A DNA stretch of 59,200 nucleotides from Patescibacteria group bacterium (GTDB lineage Bacteria; Patescibacteriota; Minisyncoccia; Minisyncoccales; UBA5738): the NCBI GenBank assembly GCA_034678605.1, contig JAXDBQ010000020.1, positions 1-59,200 of the forward strand, written 5' to 3'. Positions 30,705 through 40,550 of this stretch are shown here, piece by piece (the stretch's first letter is position 1; each line of letters begins with the position of its first letter). Position numbers and translations under genes: made by a program. The notes beneath the pieces were generated by a model that did not search any database, had not been told where the DNA came from, and saw nothing but the letters and a program-made list of their open reading frames with translations.

Positions 30705-33125
30705 TTAATTGATTTTTTGCATTGCCGCCAGCTGTTTTTGCAGTTCGGTAATTAGCTGGATAATTAATTGGATAAGCAGTTTTTTAATTTCGGCAATCTT
30801 AGCCAAAATCTCGGCCCGGGTGAGTTTATGCGGCTGTGGTTCGATCGTACCGCCACCCCCTCCTCCACCGCCCCCGCCAGAAGACACACAGGCATTGTCG
30901 CGACAGGTCTTGTTTTCCGCGGCGCAATTTTGCGCCAAGCTTTCTTTGGCGTTGCAGGAATTGTACCAATACAAATTGTTGCTGTCGCATTTCTTGGACG
31001 CATGAGATGTACAACTTGATGTACATTGGCCGGCAGAGCAAGTTTTGCCGCCGGCGCAACTGCCGCAATTAATCGTGGCACCGCAACCATCGCTCCAGTC
31101 CCCGCAATGGTAATTGCCCAAGGTAGCGCAGGTTTTGGCCGCGCAAACCGGGTTATTGACGCAACTTCCATTCTGGCAAGTTTGGTTTGCGCCGCATTTG
31201 GAATTGTCATCCTGCCAACCGGTGCCGTCATCAAGGCAAACCTTACACCCGGAAACTTGGTTAGGCGCGCAGATAATTTTTTGCAATTGCGAAGCCAATT
31301 GGATCTCAGCATTAGCTTTTCCGCCGCCGGAACTGATAAATTTAGAAAGACCGACAAGGCAATGTCCTTTCTCCAATACAATATTAGGAAAAGATTTGTT
31401 GATCGGAACTTGGACGGCGGTCTGCCCATGTCCTTGGAATTGCGCGGAATAAATTTTAACGGCATCGGAAGGTATCAACGCGTAATAATTCTTAACAACC
31501 GCATCTTCTCCTTGCCCGCCTTGATAGCCATTTTGGAATGCGGAACAATTTTTGAATATGTATCCATCGGCAAACGCGGTCCAATCGCTTTCAATGTCAG
31601 TATAGGCGGCAATGCTTATATTACCGTTCATCCCAAATAAACGGACACTATTTTGGGTTTGACTTGGGCCAACATACATTACCGACTGATCATTCCTGCT
31701 AGCCAAAGGAAAAATATACTCATAACCAAAACCTTCGATAAACGGCGAATTAGCCGCATCATTAATCAGATTGCTTTCATATATTAGCGAAACCCGGCTT
31801 TCCAAAATGGCTTCTGATGAACCAAATCCGCCATCTAAAAGAAGATAAATACATTGACTCTTGGTGTCGAACGGAATTTTTTTGTCAAAACGAAAATCAA
31901 CCGGCGCGCTGACGGTTCCTGCGACAAATGTTTTTAGAATATAATTCGCTAAATTTTTCATTTGAGGATATGCGGCGGCAAGGGACGGCCAGTCAGGATA
32001 AATTTTATTTTGAGGGCAAGGCCCGGGAATAATACCGATACTATTAAGCGACATATCAAGCTGCGGCTTGTTCTTCGCGGTAAAAAACAGCGACCCGGAA
32101 AAACCCAAAATATTGATATTTTTTTCATTTGCCGGAAAAGGAAAAAAATACATTCTCTTTTCGTAATGAGACTTATCCGCAATCGCAACAGCGCTAATGC
32201 TTAATCTTTTTTCCGTAATATTGGCGGAAACACATTTGCCTTTTTCGCAAACTTGGCCGGAGGTGCAATTGATAACAGCCGACAATTCAAAACATCCATC
32301 CCCATCGTTGTCACTACAATTTTGATAACTCTTATCATCAAAACATTGGGAGACTTGGGAAGCGCATTCGCTTTGGCAACCGGGGTAGCGATATTCCATT
32401 TTTTTTGACCCAATCAGTATTTTTCCTCCAAAAGGAAAATTGCCGGCATAAGCGTAAACAGTATGGGCAGCGCCATCGTTAAATTGATCGGGTAACTCCC
32501 AATTAAACCCATGCCAAGCATGCCCGCCACAAACATTTCCCACGCCGGGATCTGTTCGTAGGCTATTCGCAACCACGCTCCCCATTGATCTTTGGTTCTC
32601 AATCGGACCGTCGTAAAAATATATAGTCAAAGGTTTTGAATAATCGTCGGCATCGCAGGCCCAGCCAAAGGCAAAATAATTATTAATGCTATCGAAATAA
32701 CCAATTGGAGATTGGCTGCCGGCACATTGCATTGTTTTTTGGCCATTACTTAACAACGGATTCGATCCTGCGGGCGTATTGATCGCGTAAGCGTAGATAT
32801 TGTGGCTTTGGCCGTCTTTTAAAAAATCCGGGGTAGGCATGGCAAACCCGTGCGCCGGTTTGCCGCCGCACAAATCACCTACCGCAGTTTCGCGGGCGAT
32901 GTTGGCAACCGCTGAACCGGCCCATCTGCCAACACCAGCCTCGCCGTCGTAATAAAAATGCACTTCCAGCGATTTTGAATAATCGTCGGCGTCGCATGTC
33001 CAGCCGTAGATAGAATCGCAGCCGGCATAATCAAGATAACCGACCGGCACTTCATTGGCAGAAGAAACTCCCGGCAACGCCAACACGCAAGCAAATAATG
33101 ATAACAAAATAATTGACTTTTTCAT
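30705..33125 (-). CDS. Secreted modular Cys-rich surface protein 1 (806 aa)
   Basis: Signal peptide, two GYxDx...GWxCDADD Ig-like repeats, AT-rich central domain, Cys-rich repeats, poly-Gly, C-terminal TRAEILAKIAEIKKLLIQLIIQLITELQKQLAAM helix. Confidence 0.9.
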   Translation of the reverse strand: MKKSIILLSLFACVLALPGVSSANEVPVGYLDYAGCDSIYGWTCDADDYSKSLEVHFYYDGEAGVGRWAGSAVANIARETAVGDLCGGKPAHGFAMPTPDFLKDGQSHNIYAYAINTPAGSNPLLSNGQKTMQCAGSQSPIGYFDSINNYFAFGWACDADDYSKPLTIYFYDGPIENQRSMGSVVANSLRTDPGVGNVCGGHAWHGFNWELPDQFNDGAAHTVYAYAGNFPFGGKILIGSKKMEYRYPGCQSECASQVSQCFDDKSYQNCSDNDGDGCFELSAVINCTSGQVCEKGKCVSANITEKRLSISAVAIADKSHYEKRMYFFPFPANEKNINILGFSGSLFFTAKNKPQLDMSLNSIGIIPGPCPQNKIYPDWPSLAAAYPQMKNLANYILKTFVAGTVSAPVDFRFDKKIPFDTKSQCIYLLLDGGFGSSEAILESRVSLIYESNLINDAANSPFIEGFGYEYIFPLASRNDQSVMYVGPSQTQNSVRLFGMNGNISIAAYTDIESDWTAFADGYIFKNCSAFQNGYQGGQGEDAVVKNYYALIPSDAVKIYSAQFQGHGQTAVQVPINKSFPNIVLEKGHCLVGLSKFISSGGGKANAEIQLASQLQKIICAPNQVSGCKVCLDDGTGWQDDNSKCGANQTCQNGSCVNNPVCAAKTCATLGNYHCGDWSDGCGATINCGSCAGGKTCSAGQCTSSCTSHASKKCDSNNLYWYNSCNAKESLAQNCAAENKTCRDNACVSSGGGGGGGGGGTIEPQPHKLTRAEILAKIAEIKKLLIQLIIQLITELQKQLAAMQKIN

Positions 33126-33196
33126 TTTTGAAAATTATTGATTATTGTATTTTAGCACAAAATCCGGCATACGCACGCCGGATTTTGCACCTTTGA

Positions 33197-36100
33197 TTAT
33201 TTCGGCATTGCCGCAAGCTGCTTTTGCAGCTCGGCGATGAGCTGAATGATGAGCTGGACCAATAATTGCTTGATCTGGGCGATCTTAGCCAAAATTTCAC
33301 CGCGGTTGATCTTTCCTTGACTCGCCGAAGCTTCACGCGAAGGCGGCTGCGGCTCGATCATTCCGCCACCGCCGCCTCCTCCACCACCTCCGCCGGATTG
33401 CGCAATACACTGGCCATTGGAACAGGTTTTGCCCGCGGCGCAGCTGCCGCAGTTGATGGTTTTGCCGCAGCCGTCATTGGCATCGCCGCACTGAAAGCCG
33501 ATATTGGCGCAGGTGTTGGGCTGGCAGGTTGCGGCGCAAACGCCGTTGGCGCAGATCTTGTTGCTGTTAGCACAGTTGGTCGTGTTGTCCCATTGCGAGG
33601 TTTCAAAGCAGGCATTGTTGGCGCAGCCCTTCTTTAAAGTTTTTCGCTGGATCCAGGTTGACGAGCATTGGTAATTATCGGTGGTTTGGTCAATACCGCA
33701 GTTTTGCGCCAGTTCTTCTTTGGTGTTGCAAGAATTGTACCAGTAGAGATTGCCATTGTCGCATTTCTTTGACGCGTGGCTTGAGCAATTGGAAACGCAT
33801 TTGCCCGTCGAGCAAGTTTGGTTTGGAGGGCACGCGCCACAATTAATTGTTTTGCCGCAACCGTCAGGCCAATCCCCGCACTGGTAGTTGCCCAACCCGG
33901 CGCAGGTTTTGGCAACGCAGTTTGTTTGGCATTGGCCGGAAACGCAAGTTTGGCCGGTAGAGCAAGATCCGCAGCTCAATGTTTTGCCGCAACCGTCGGA
34001 AACGCTGCCGCATTTATAGCCCTGGGAATCACAGGTTTTGGCAACGCAAGTTGCCACGCAATTACCGCTGTTGCAAGCCGTGCCGGCAGCGCACGCGGTT
34101 GTTGCGCCCCATTTTAAACAGCCGCCGGACAACGCGCAGGTTTGGTAACCGTTGCCGCTACACTGCTTGGCGCCGACCAAACTGCAGGTGGACGCGCAAG
34201 TTGCCACGCATTGGCCGGCCGAGCAAGTTTGATTGCTGCCGCACGTGCCGCAATTAATGGTCTTGCCGCAACCGTCGCTCCAATCGCCGCACTGGTAATT
34301 GCCCAAGGTAGTACAGGTTTTGGCAACGCAAGCCGGGTTATTGACGCAAGTCCCATTCTGGCAAGTTTGATTTGCGCCGCATTTGGAATTGTCATCTTGC
34401 CAGGCGCTGCCGTCTGCCTTGCAAAATTTGCAACCGGAAACAACACCGGGAACACAAACAGTTCTCAATATTGATAACGAGCCGGTAACTTTGCCGCCTC
34501 CGGAAACTTCGGTTCTTTCCATTGAGGTGGTAAAAGAATTGGCGAAATTGATTTGGGCGCCGCTGCCGATGGAACTGTACATATACTTGCCCGGGGCCGG
34601 TTCCAGAACGCAATTTGTGCAATTAACTTTTGAATTTTGGGCAACCAGAGAATTATTGGCGGATTTGAGGCGGGTGCCATTAATGGTGACATTGGAATTC
34701 ACGGCATTAACCGCGATATAATCAGAAATGCTGCCGCCGTTAAATGTAACCCGGGGCGTACTGTTTTTAATATATACGCCGCCCGGAAAAATTGAGTTGG
34801 AAGATGAGTTGCCGGTGATTGAATTTATGTTTATTGTGATCGGTTTTGGGTTTTGCACCAATAACGGCAATTTAACTTCATTGGCGATAGCAAAAAGTAT
34901 GCAATGCGAAGACGCGCCATTCTGATTATTTCTGTCGGCGGCATTTATCGTCAAATCGTTGATGGTTATCCCGCCGCCACCCCGATGAGTGCCCCAGCTG
35001 GACGTAAGATGGCCGTTTTTAATGGTCAAACCATCAATAATAATGTCCAAATCATGGTCGCCGACATTTATAATGGTCATCCCCGTCCCGCAAAAATCTT
35101 CATTCAAAGAATCGTATTCTGATTTTAAATCGCTTGCCCGTATTTTTTGCACATTGTCAAAAGTTATCGCTTCCCAAAAATTATTGCGGTTTTGAAGATT
35201 ATGCATATAACCATACGCCTCCCAATTGCCGGCGTAATCGCCGTGAGCGCCGCCGGCACCATTGCCCCAATAAATTCCTTGGTCCGCTGAGTTTATCAAT
35301 TCCAAATTGAAAAATTTTCCCCCGCTTCTCCTGCCGCCGGTAAGCACCAATCCCGCGCCGTCAACAAATAAATCGGTTTGGTTATTTCTATTGCCGTCAA
35401 AAGTCATGTTGGCCAAGGTTAACGCTGAATAGCTTGCCCCGTAATATTCATAGCCGGTGGCATAAAAAATCAATGCCGGATGCCCGTAATAGTGTTGATT
35501 ATTGCCAAGCTTTAAAATAGTTTTCCCCATGCCGGCGCCATAAATATGCATATTTTTCCCTTCAAGCGAGAACACCGTATAAAAATTAGCAATTTTTTGA
35601 CCCGCGACTAACCCGTCATAAATTCCGGGGCCAATATAAAGCGAGCCGTCGTCAGGCGTGGCCGCGATCGCGGCGCGGATAACCTGGGTGTAATTGGACC
35701 CGGAAGAGATAACTCCGCCGTTTTTGTTTTTTGCCGTGGCGATGTTGCCGCTTTTTGAAACGGTGACATCAAAGGTAGCGGGAATCGGCGGCGTGCCCGT
35801 GATACAACCGCCATCAACGCAAACTTGGCCTTTGCCGCATTGGGTTGAGTCATCGGCCCACTTCATGGTCAACGGCCGGCAGATTTTGCAGCCTTGCGTC
35901 TGGCCGGCGATGTCGCAATCGTATTTGTCTTTTTTCCCGGTGAAAGGATTTGGATTGGCTTTCCCGTTATATACCGCCTTTATATCGTTTTCCGTTAACG
36001 CGCGGGAATAGACGCGGACATCGTCAATTAAGCCATTGGCCAGCCAATCGTGATTCATTCCAATTTCGCTGCAAATGCCGATACTTAGCGGTAAATTTTC

Positions 36101-37276
36101 GTGATTTCTTGGGTTTCCCTCATAAGTCGTTTTCCCTTGCAAAACGCCGTCAACATAAAACGCGGCGGTTTTCGCGTTTGTATCAACCGTAGCCGCCAAA
36201 TGATGCCATTGGCCGACGTCATAGGTGGCTAAAGAAGAAACTCCGAAAAATCGGTCATCGGCAGTGTATGATCCAAAATGAAACCGGCGATCGCTGGCAA
36301 AATTAATATTAGTATGAAAACCCGGCTTGCAAATTATTGCCTGTCGGCTGTGGTATTCGTTTTGATCATATACCGGGATACTGGCCGGGTTATACCATGC
36401 CGACCAAGTATAGCTATGTTCAGTAATATCTTTCAATGTCGGTGAAACCACCGCTTCCAGAGAATTATTGCCGGTAAATTTTAACGCCTTGCCGAATTTT
36501 CCCGCCGCAAGTGTCGGGCAAGGATCCGACAAATTGCAAATCTGATGGTTCCCAAATCCGGACCAATCCTTGAACAAGAGCGATGATTCGCCGTTTTCGC
36601 CGTCAAACTTCCACCAGCCGACCAAGCCATCGTTATAATTCCCCGAAGATAAAACGCAAGATCCATCCAAGCAAATTTTTCCGCCGGCGCATTTTGAATC
36701 ATCATCTTGCCACACAGAACCGTCGGAGTTGCAAACCTTGCAACCCAAAACCGCGCCCGGAACACAAGTTGCGTAATTGGCGCATTTTTCAATTTTCACC
36801 GAATTGCTCGATCCCTTCACGACGCGGTATAAACTTCCGCCGATAGCGGCTTGATTGGGCATATTCCCCGAGAAATAAGTGGAGCCGGTATTTTGCCACT
36901 CGGTCCAATTTTTAGAAGATTGGTATATTCTTTTCCAAAGCATATCATCGCCGCCAATGCCCGAGGCCGTTATCTTGCCATCCGCGCCTAATACCAGATT
37001 TGGGCCGGTGATCAAAACACCGCCCAACGAATACCATTCGTTTTTGCCGGTTTGAGGGTTGTATTCGTTGATCCATAATGCGTCATCCGTACCCACGGCC
37101 GCGATGACTAATTTCGTATCACTATCCGCATAGATCGCCGGCTTATATTTGATGATGCCCCCGATATCGGCAAAGCTTGACCAATTTTGGCAATCGGCGG
37201 CTAACGCCTGGATTGCAATACATTGAAAAAACAATGTGGAAACAAACAATGAAAATAGAATGATTCGTTTTTTCAT
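33197..37276 (-). CDS. Secreted modular Cys-rich surface protein 2 (1359 aa): propeller-like repeat, LamG, beta-helix
   Basis: Signal peptide; AAVGTDDALW/WYSLGG repeat; GLVGWWKFD...VGQWHHLAAT...GLIDDVRVYSRAL (LamG/ConA); pectin-lyase-like beta-helix; many CVAKTC...CG modules; same C-terminal helix. Confidence 0.92.
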   Translation of the reverse strand: MKKRIILFSLFVSTLFFQCIAIQALAADCQNWSSFADIGGIIKYKPAIYADSDTKLVIAAVGTDDALWINEYNPQTGKNEWYSLGGVLITGPNLVLGADGKITASGIGGDDMLWKRIYQSSKNWTEWQNTGSTYFSGNMPNQAAIGGSLYRVVKGSSNSVKIEKCANYATCVPGAVLGCKVCNSDGSVWQDDDSKCAGGKICLDGSCVLSSGNYNDGLVGWWKFDGENGESSLLFKDWSGFGNHQICNLSDPCPTLAAGKFGKALKFTGNNSLEAVVSPTLKDITEHSYTWSAWYNPASIPVYDQNEYHSRQAIICKPGFHTNINFASDRRFHFGSYTADDRFFGVSSLATYDVGQWHHLAATVDTNAKTAAFYVDGVLQGKTTYEGNPRNHENLPLSIGICSEIGMNHDWLANGLIDDVRVYSRALTENDIKAVYNGKANPNPFTGKKDKYDCDIAGQTQGCKICRPLTMKWADDSTQCGKGQVCVDGGCITGTPPIPATFDVTVSKSGNIATAKNKNGGVISSGSNYTQVIRAAIAATPDDGSLYIGPGIYDGLVAGQKIANFYTVFSLEGKNMHIYGAGMGKTILKLGNNQHYYGHPALIFYATGYEYYGASYSALTLANMTFDGNRNNQTDLFVDGAGLVLTGGRRSGGKFFNLELINSADQGIYWGNGAGGAHGDYAGNWEAYGYMHNLQNRNNFWEAITFDNVQKIRASDLKSEYDSLNEDFCGTGMTIINVGDHDLDIIIDGLTIKNGHLTSSWGTHRGGGGITINDLTINAADRNNQNGASSHCILFAIANEVKLPLLVQNPKPITININSITGNSSSNSIFPGGVYIKNSTPRVTFNGGSISDYIAVNAVNSNVTINGTRLKSANNSLVAQNSKVNCTNCVLEPAPGKYMYSSIGSGAQINFANSFTTSMERTEVSGGGKVTGSLSILRTVCVPGVVSGCKFCKADGSAWQDDNSKCGANQTCQNGTCVNNPACVAKTCTTLGNYQCGDWSDGCGKTINCGTCGSNQTCSAGQCVATCASTCSLVGAKQCSGNGYQTCALSGGCLKWGATTACAAGTACNSGNCVATCVAKTCDSQGYKCGSVSDGCGKTLSCGSCSTGQTCVSGQCQTNCVAKTCAGLGNYQCGDWPDGCGKTINCGACPPNQTCSTGKCVSNCSSHASKKCDNGNLYWYNSCNTKEELAQNCGIDQTTDNYQCSSTWIQRKTLKKGCANNACFETSQWDNTTNCANSNKICANGVCAATCQPNTCANIGFQCGDANDGCGKTINCGSCAAGKTCSNGQCIAQSGGGGGGGGGGGMIEPQPPSREASASQGKINRGEILAKIAQIKQLLVQLIIQLIAELQKQLAAMPK

Positions 37277-37347
37277 TTTAAAAAATTATTGATTGTTTTA
37301 TTTTAACACAAAATCCGGCAAATCAATGCCAGGCTTGGCGTTTGCGA

Positions 37348-37395
37348 TTATTTTGGCAGAGCTACAAGCTGCTTTTGCAGCTCGGCGATAAGCTG
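37348..37395 (-). pseudogene. Orphan surface-protein C-terminal tail B (QLIAELQKQLVALPK*)
   Basis: Shares ATCGCCGAGCTGCAAAAGCAGCTTG (25 nt) with the end of 33197-37276; 23 nt after the TA toxin stop. Confidence 0.88.
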
Positions 37396-37418
37396 GGCGG
37401 TCAAAAAATCGGCAACCG

Positions 37419-38078
37419 TCATATAAAAATCCGGTTTTTCAATTTTCGCGCCTCATCAACAAAATAGTTCTGCCAATCGCGCCGATTAATCTTTATTTTC
37501 ATCCTCGGAAAATCTTTAACTTCTTTTGCCTGCGTAAATTGGCTGCCGAGCTGCAAAAGGTCAATATGGGTATCAAATTTGATCCTTGCTTTTTTGATCA
37601 AATCATCAATTTTAAACCCAAATTTTTGACGCAAGCAAAAAATATCGATAAAATCGCGGCTTCGGGGTTTTTGATAAATGGTAAAAACTTTATTGACGGC
37701 AATGTCCAGCGCGCTGTCAATCCGCAAATCGCCAATCTCTAAATATTCGCCAACCGCCGAAAACGGGAAATAAGTGAATTCGGTTTTCACGATATCGGCG
37801 CCAAAATCAACAAAAAACAAATTACGGTTAAAACTTTGTTGAAAATCAATTTTTGCAAAACCAAGATTATTTTTGTTTTTTGCCAAAAAAGCGCTGATCA
37901 CCTGCGGATCAACCTCGTTTTCCGAGAAAAAATCAAGATCCTCGGATATCCGATGATGCAAATAAAATTCGGCCAAAGCCGTGCCGCCGCCAAGATAAAA
38001 CGCGCGGCAAATTTCTTTGTCGCCGCAAATCGCGTTCAATAAATTTGTTTGGTTTTGCGTCAATATCGTTTTGGCCAT
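37419..38078 (-). CDS. AbiEii-like nucleotidyltransferase (DUF1814-type) toxin
   Basis: FYLGGGTALAEFYLHHRISEDLDFF, DIAVNK, RSRDFIDI. Confidence 0.9.
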   Translation of the reverse strand: MAKTILTQNQTNLLNAICGDKEICRAFYLGGGTALAEFYLHHRISEDLDFFSENEVDPQVISAFLAKNKNNLGFAKIDFQQSFNRNLFFVDFGADIVKTEFTYFPFSAVGEYLEIGDLRIDSALDIAVNKVFTIYQKPRSRDFIDIFCLRQKFGFKIDDLIKKARIKFDTHIDLLQLGSQFTQAKEVKDFPRMKIKINRRDWQNYFVDEARKLKNRIFI

Positions 38079-38263
38079 AACAACTTTGCGAGAAACTTTT
38101 TCTTTTTCGGATCAAGGTAAAGCTTGCGCCAGTATTTCTTTAAATCACGGGAATTTATTTTTTTTCCGTCCAAACCGAAATTAACCATCTGCTCCAAACG
38201 CCAAATGGCATATTTTTCTTTGTCTTTTTTTAATTCTGCCGTATCAACCGACCAATTTTTCAT
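38060..38263 (-). CDS. Small partner/antitoxin of the adjacent nucleotidyltransferase (DUF6922-like)
   Basis: 67 aa, NWSVD...WRLEQMVNFG...LDPKKKKFL; overlaps the toxin start; TGgTACAAT promoter-like sequence upstream. Confidence 0.75.
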   Translation of the reverse strand: MKNWSVDTAELKKDKEKYAIWRLEQMVNFGLDGKKINSRDLKKYWRKLYLDPKKKKFLAKLLWPKRY

Positions 38264-38322
38264 AAGTTAATTGTACCATTTTTCCCGCCAAAAATCCAGC
38301 TGATTTTGCGGCATTTTGCAAT

Positions 38323-40533
38323 TTACTTGTTCTGGATGCCTGCCAGCTGCTTTTGCAGCTCGGTAATGAGCTGGATGATCAATTGGATCAATAATTGCTT
38401 GATTTCGGCGATCTTTTGCAGGATCTCCTCGCGGGTCATAGGTTGTTGGGGTTCGGTGGTGCCGCCACCGCCGCCGCCGGAGCCGCCGCCGGAACCGGAT
38501 GAAACACATTGGCCGCTGGAATTGCATTTTTTGCCGGATTCGCACGCGCCGCAATTGATCGTGGCGCCGCAGCCATCGTTCCAATCACCGCATTGATAAT
38601 TGCCCAGCGTAGCGCAGGTTTTGGGAGTACAAATATCAGCAATGCATTTTTTAATTTCGGCACTACCGTCATTTTTTTTAATCGCTTTATAGGTTATCCC
38701 GTTAATTACGCCAGCATCAGAACCGCCAACGCTTATGTTTGCCGATGGCAAACCGATGGCTTTCCATTTAGTCCAATTTTTAGATGACATAAAAATGAGG
38801 GTCCACCCACCGCCATCATCTCCCGAGGCCGAAAGGCTTATTTTTTTATCAATTGTTTTGGCCAAACTCGGCCGTGATAACAACACTCCGCCCAGCGAAT
38901 ACCATTCGCCTTTTTTATTTCCCGGATCGTATTCATTAATCCATAAAGCATTATCGGTGCCCACGGCCGCGATAATCAATTTACCATTTGATTCCATTAA
39001 CGAAGGTTCGAATTTTGAAAATCCGCCGATATTATCCCAAAGTTCTGAATTGAGGCATAGATCAACACACCGGCCGGATGAGCAAGTTTTTCCGCTCGCG
39101 CACACGCCGCAGTTGATCGTCGAGCCGCAACCATTATCGGTATTCCCGCACTCATAATTCAAAAATGAGCATGTTTTGGCGTTGCAACCAGCTACGCAAC
39201 TGTTTTCGCAAAATGGAGCAATCGCCGCCTCAACTTTTTCAAACGGCAAATCAAGCCAACCGTCGGCTTGCTTCATTATATGATTATCAATATCAAAATA
39301 TATCAACGCATCACCTTTGCCTTTGTAAAAAGACGCGGCCGCCGGTTCATTCGTCCAAATATATACTTTTGCCGATGGAAATTTGCCGACAACTTGGGTG
39401 GCAAAATCTTCATATGAAAAATTAATCGTATCGCCATTTTTGTCTTTATATTGCTCCCATCCGATAAAATCCGGATCTGCGCCTTCGTTGCGAAACTCAA
39501 CATAATATTTCACCAACGATTCAACAATTCCAACCGCAACCGAAGGATTTGCCTGTTTTATATATTCTTTTAATTGGTTAAATTCCGCTCCGGATAATCC
39601 GGTACTTTCTGGTTGGCCCGCGGCAAAACGAGCCTTGAATTCATCTAACGCGATAACATCGACTCCGCGCCGCAACAACTCTTTACACTCTTCAACCCAA
39701 CCGCAATGCCCCATCACTTTAAATCCCTTTTTATGCGCGCTATTTATATTTGCGGTTGTCTGTCCCCCTGGCATGCTGCCTGAAATTCCAGTAAAATTAT
39801 CAGACATTTTATTAATATAATCCAAAAATTCTTGCTCAACTGCCCTATAGTCCAAATTATACGGAAAAAATCCCGCAAATATTTCAAGTTTCCTGCTACT
39901 ATCTTTACATACGCCATTATCGCAAACCTGGGTTTTGGCGCATTTTAAACTATAATCGCGCCATGCATCGCCGGTTATATCGCAAATTTTACAACCCAAA
40001 AATGACCCCGGAACGCAAAGTTGCGGCACGCATTTTTGAATTAATAATGAATTGCCGGAACTTTTTACGATTCTATATAATAATCCATTTGAGGTTGCTT
40101 CTTTGGGCCCGATGCCGGCAAAACCGCTTGTCCCCGCGACCTGCCATTCGGTCCAGCTTTTTGCTGCTGAATAATTTCTTTGCCAAATTGTAAAATTATC
40201 GCCGCCGATGCCCGAAAATCTGATTTTGCCGTCCGCGCCTTTGACCAAATTCGGGCCGGATGTTAGAACGCCGCCAAGAGAATACCATTCATTTTGATTG
40301 GTTTGCGGATTAAATTCGTTGATCCACAAGGAATCATCCGTGCCCACGGCCGCAATAATCAGTTTGTCATCCGCGCTTGCCGCAATTGCCGGATCATATT
40401 TAATTACGCCGCCGATATTGGCAACCGCCGTCCAATTTTGGCAATCCGCGGCAAAGACATTGTCCGCGCCAACCACAAAAAACATACCGCAAATTAGTAT
40501 CGCCAGAAATAACGGAACATTGATTTCCCTCAT
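38323..40533 (-). CDS. Secreted modular Cys-rich surface protein 3 (about 736 aa)
   Basis: Start at MREINV; two copies of the AAVGTD..LW/WYSLGG module; AT-rich central domain resembling a glycoside-hydrolase barrel (VDVIALDE, PDFIGWEQY); poly-Gly; same C-terminal helix. Confidence 0.88.
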   Translation of the reverse strand: MREINVPLFLAILICGMFFVVGADNVFAADCQNWTAVANIGGVIKYDPAIAASADDKLIIAAVGTDDSLWINEFNPQTNQNEWYSLGGVLTSGPNLVKGADGKIRFSGIGGDNFTIWQRNYSAAKSWTEWQVAGTSGFAGIGPKEATSNGLLYRIVKSSGNSLLIQKCVPQLCVPGSFLGCKICDITGDAWRDYSLKCAKTQVCDNGVCKDSSRKLEIFAGFFPYNLDYRAVEQEFLDYINKMSDNFTGISGSMPGGQTTANINSAHKKGFKVMGHCGWVEECKELLRRGVDVIALDEFKARFAAGQPESTGLSGAEFNQLKEYIKQANPSVAVGIVESLVKYYVEFRNEGADPDFIGWEQYKDKNGDTINFSYEDFATQVVGKFPSAKVYIWTNEPAAASFYKGKGDALIYFDIDNHIMKQADGWLDLPFEKVEAAIAPFCENSCVAGCNAKTCSFLNYECGNTDNGCGSTINCGVCASGKTCSSGRCVDLCLNSELWDNIGGFSKFEPSLMESNGKLIIAAVGTDNALWINEYDPGNKKGEWYSLGGVLLSRPSLAKTIDKKISLSASGDDGGGWTLIFMSSKNWTKWKAIGLPSANISVGGSDAGVINGITYKAIKKNDGSAEIKKCIADICTPKTCATLGNYQCGDWNDGCGATINCGACESGKKCNSSGQCVSSGSGGGSGGGGGGTTEPQQPMTREEILQKIAEIKQLLIQLIIQLITELQKQLAGIQNK

Positions 40534-40550
40534 AAATTTTCCGATACGAA

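Noticed and set aside
30850-30880. Poly-Gly/(GS)n tracts as phase-variable slippage repeats
   Set aside because: Mixed codons (GGC/GGT/GGA/GGG) break the DNA periodicity, so they look like ordinary linkers.
30705-40533. Diversity-generating retroelement as the source of surface-protein variation
   Set aside because: No reverse transcriptase and no template/variable repeat pair with adenine-specific differences was seen. Differences between repeats are mostly third-position changes of all types.
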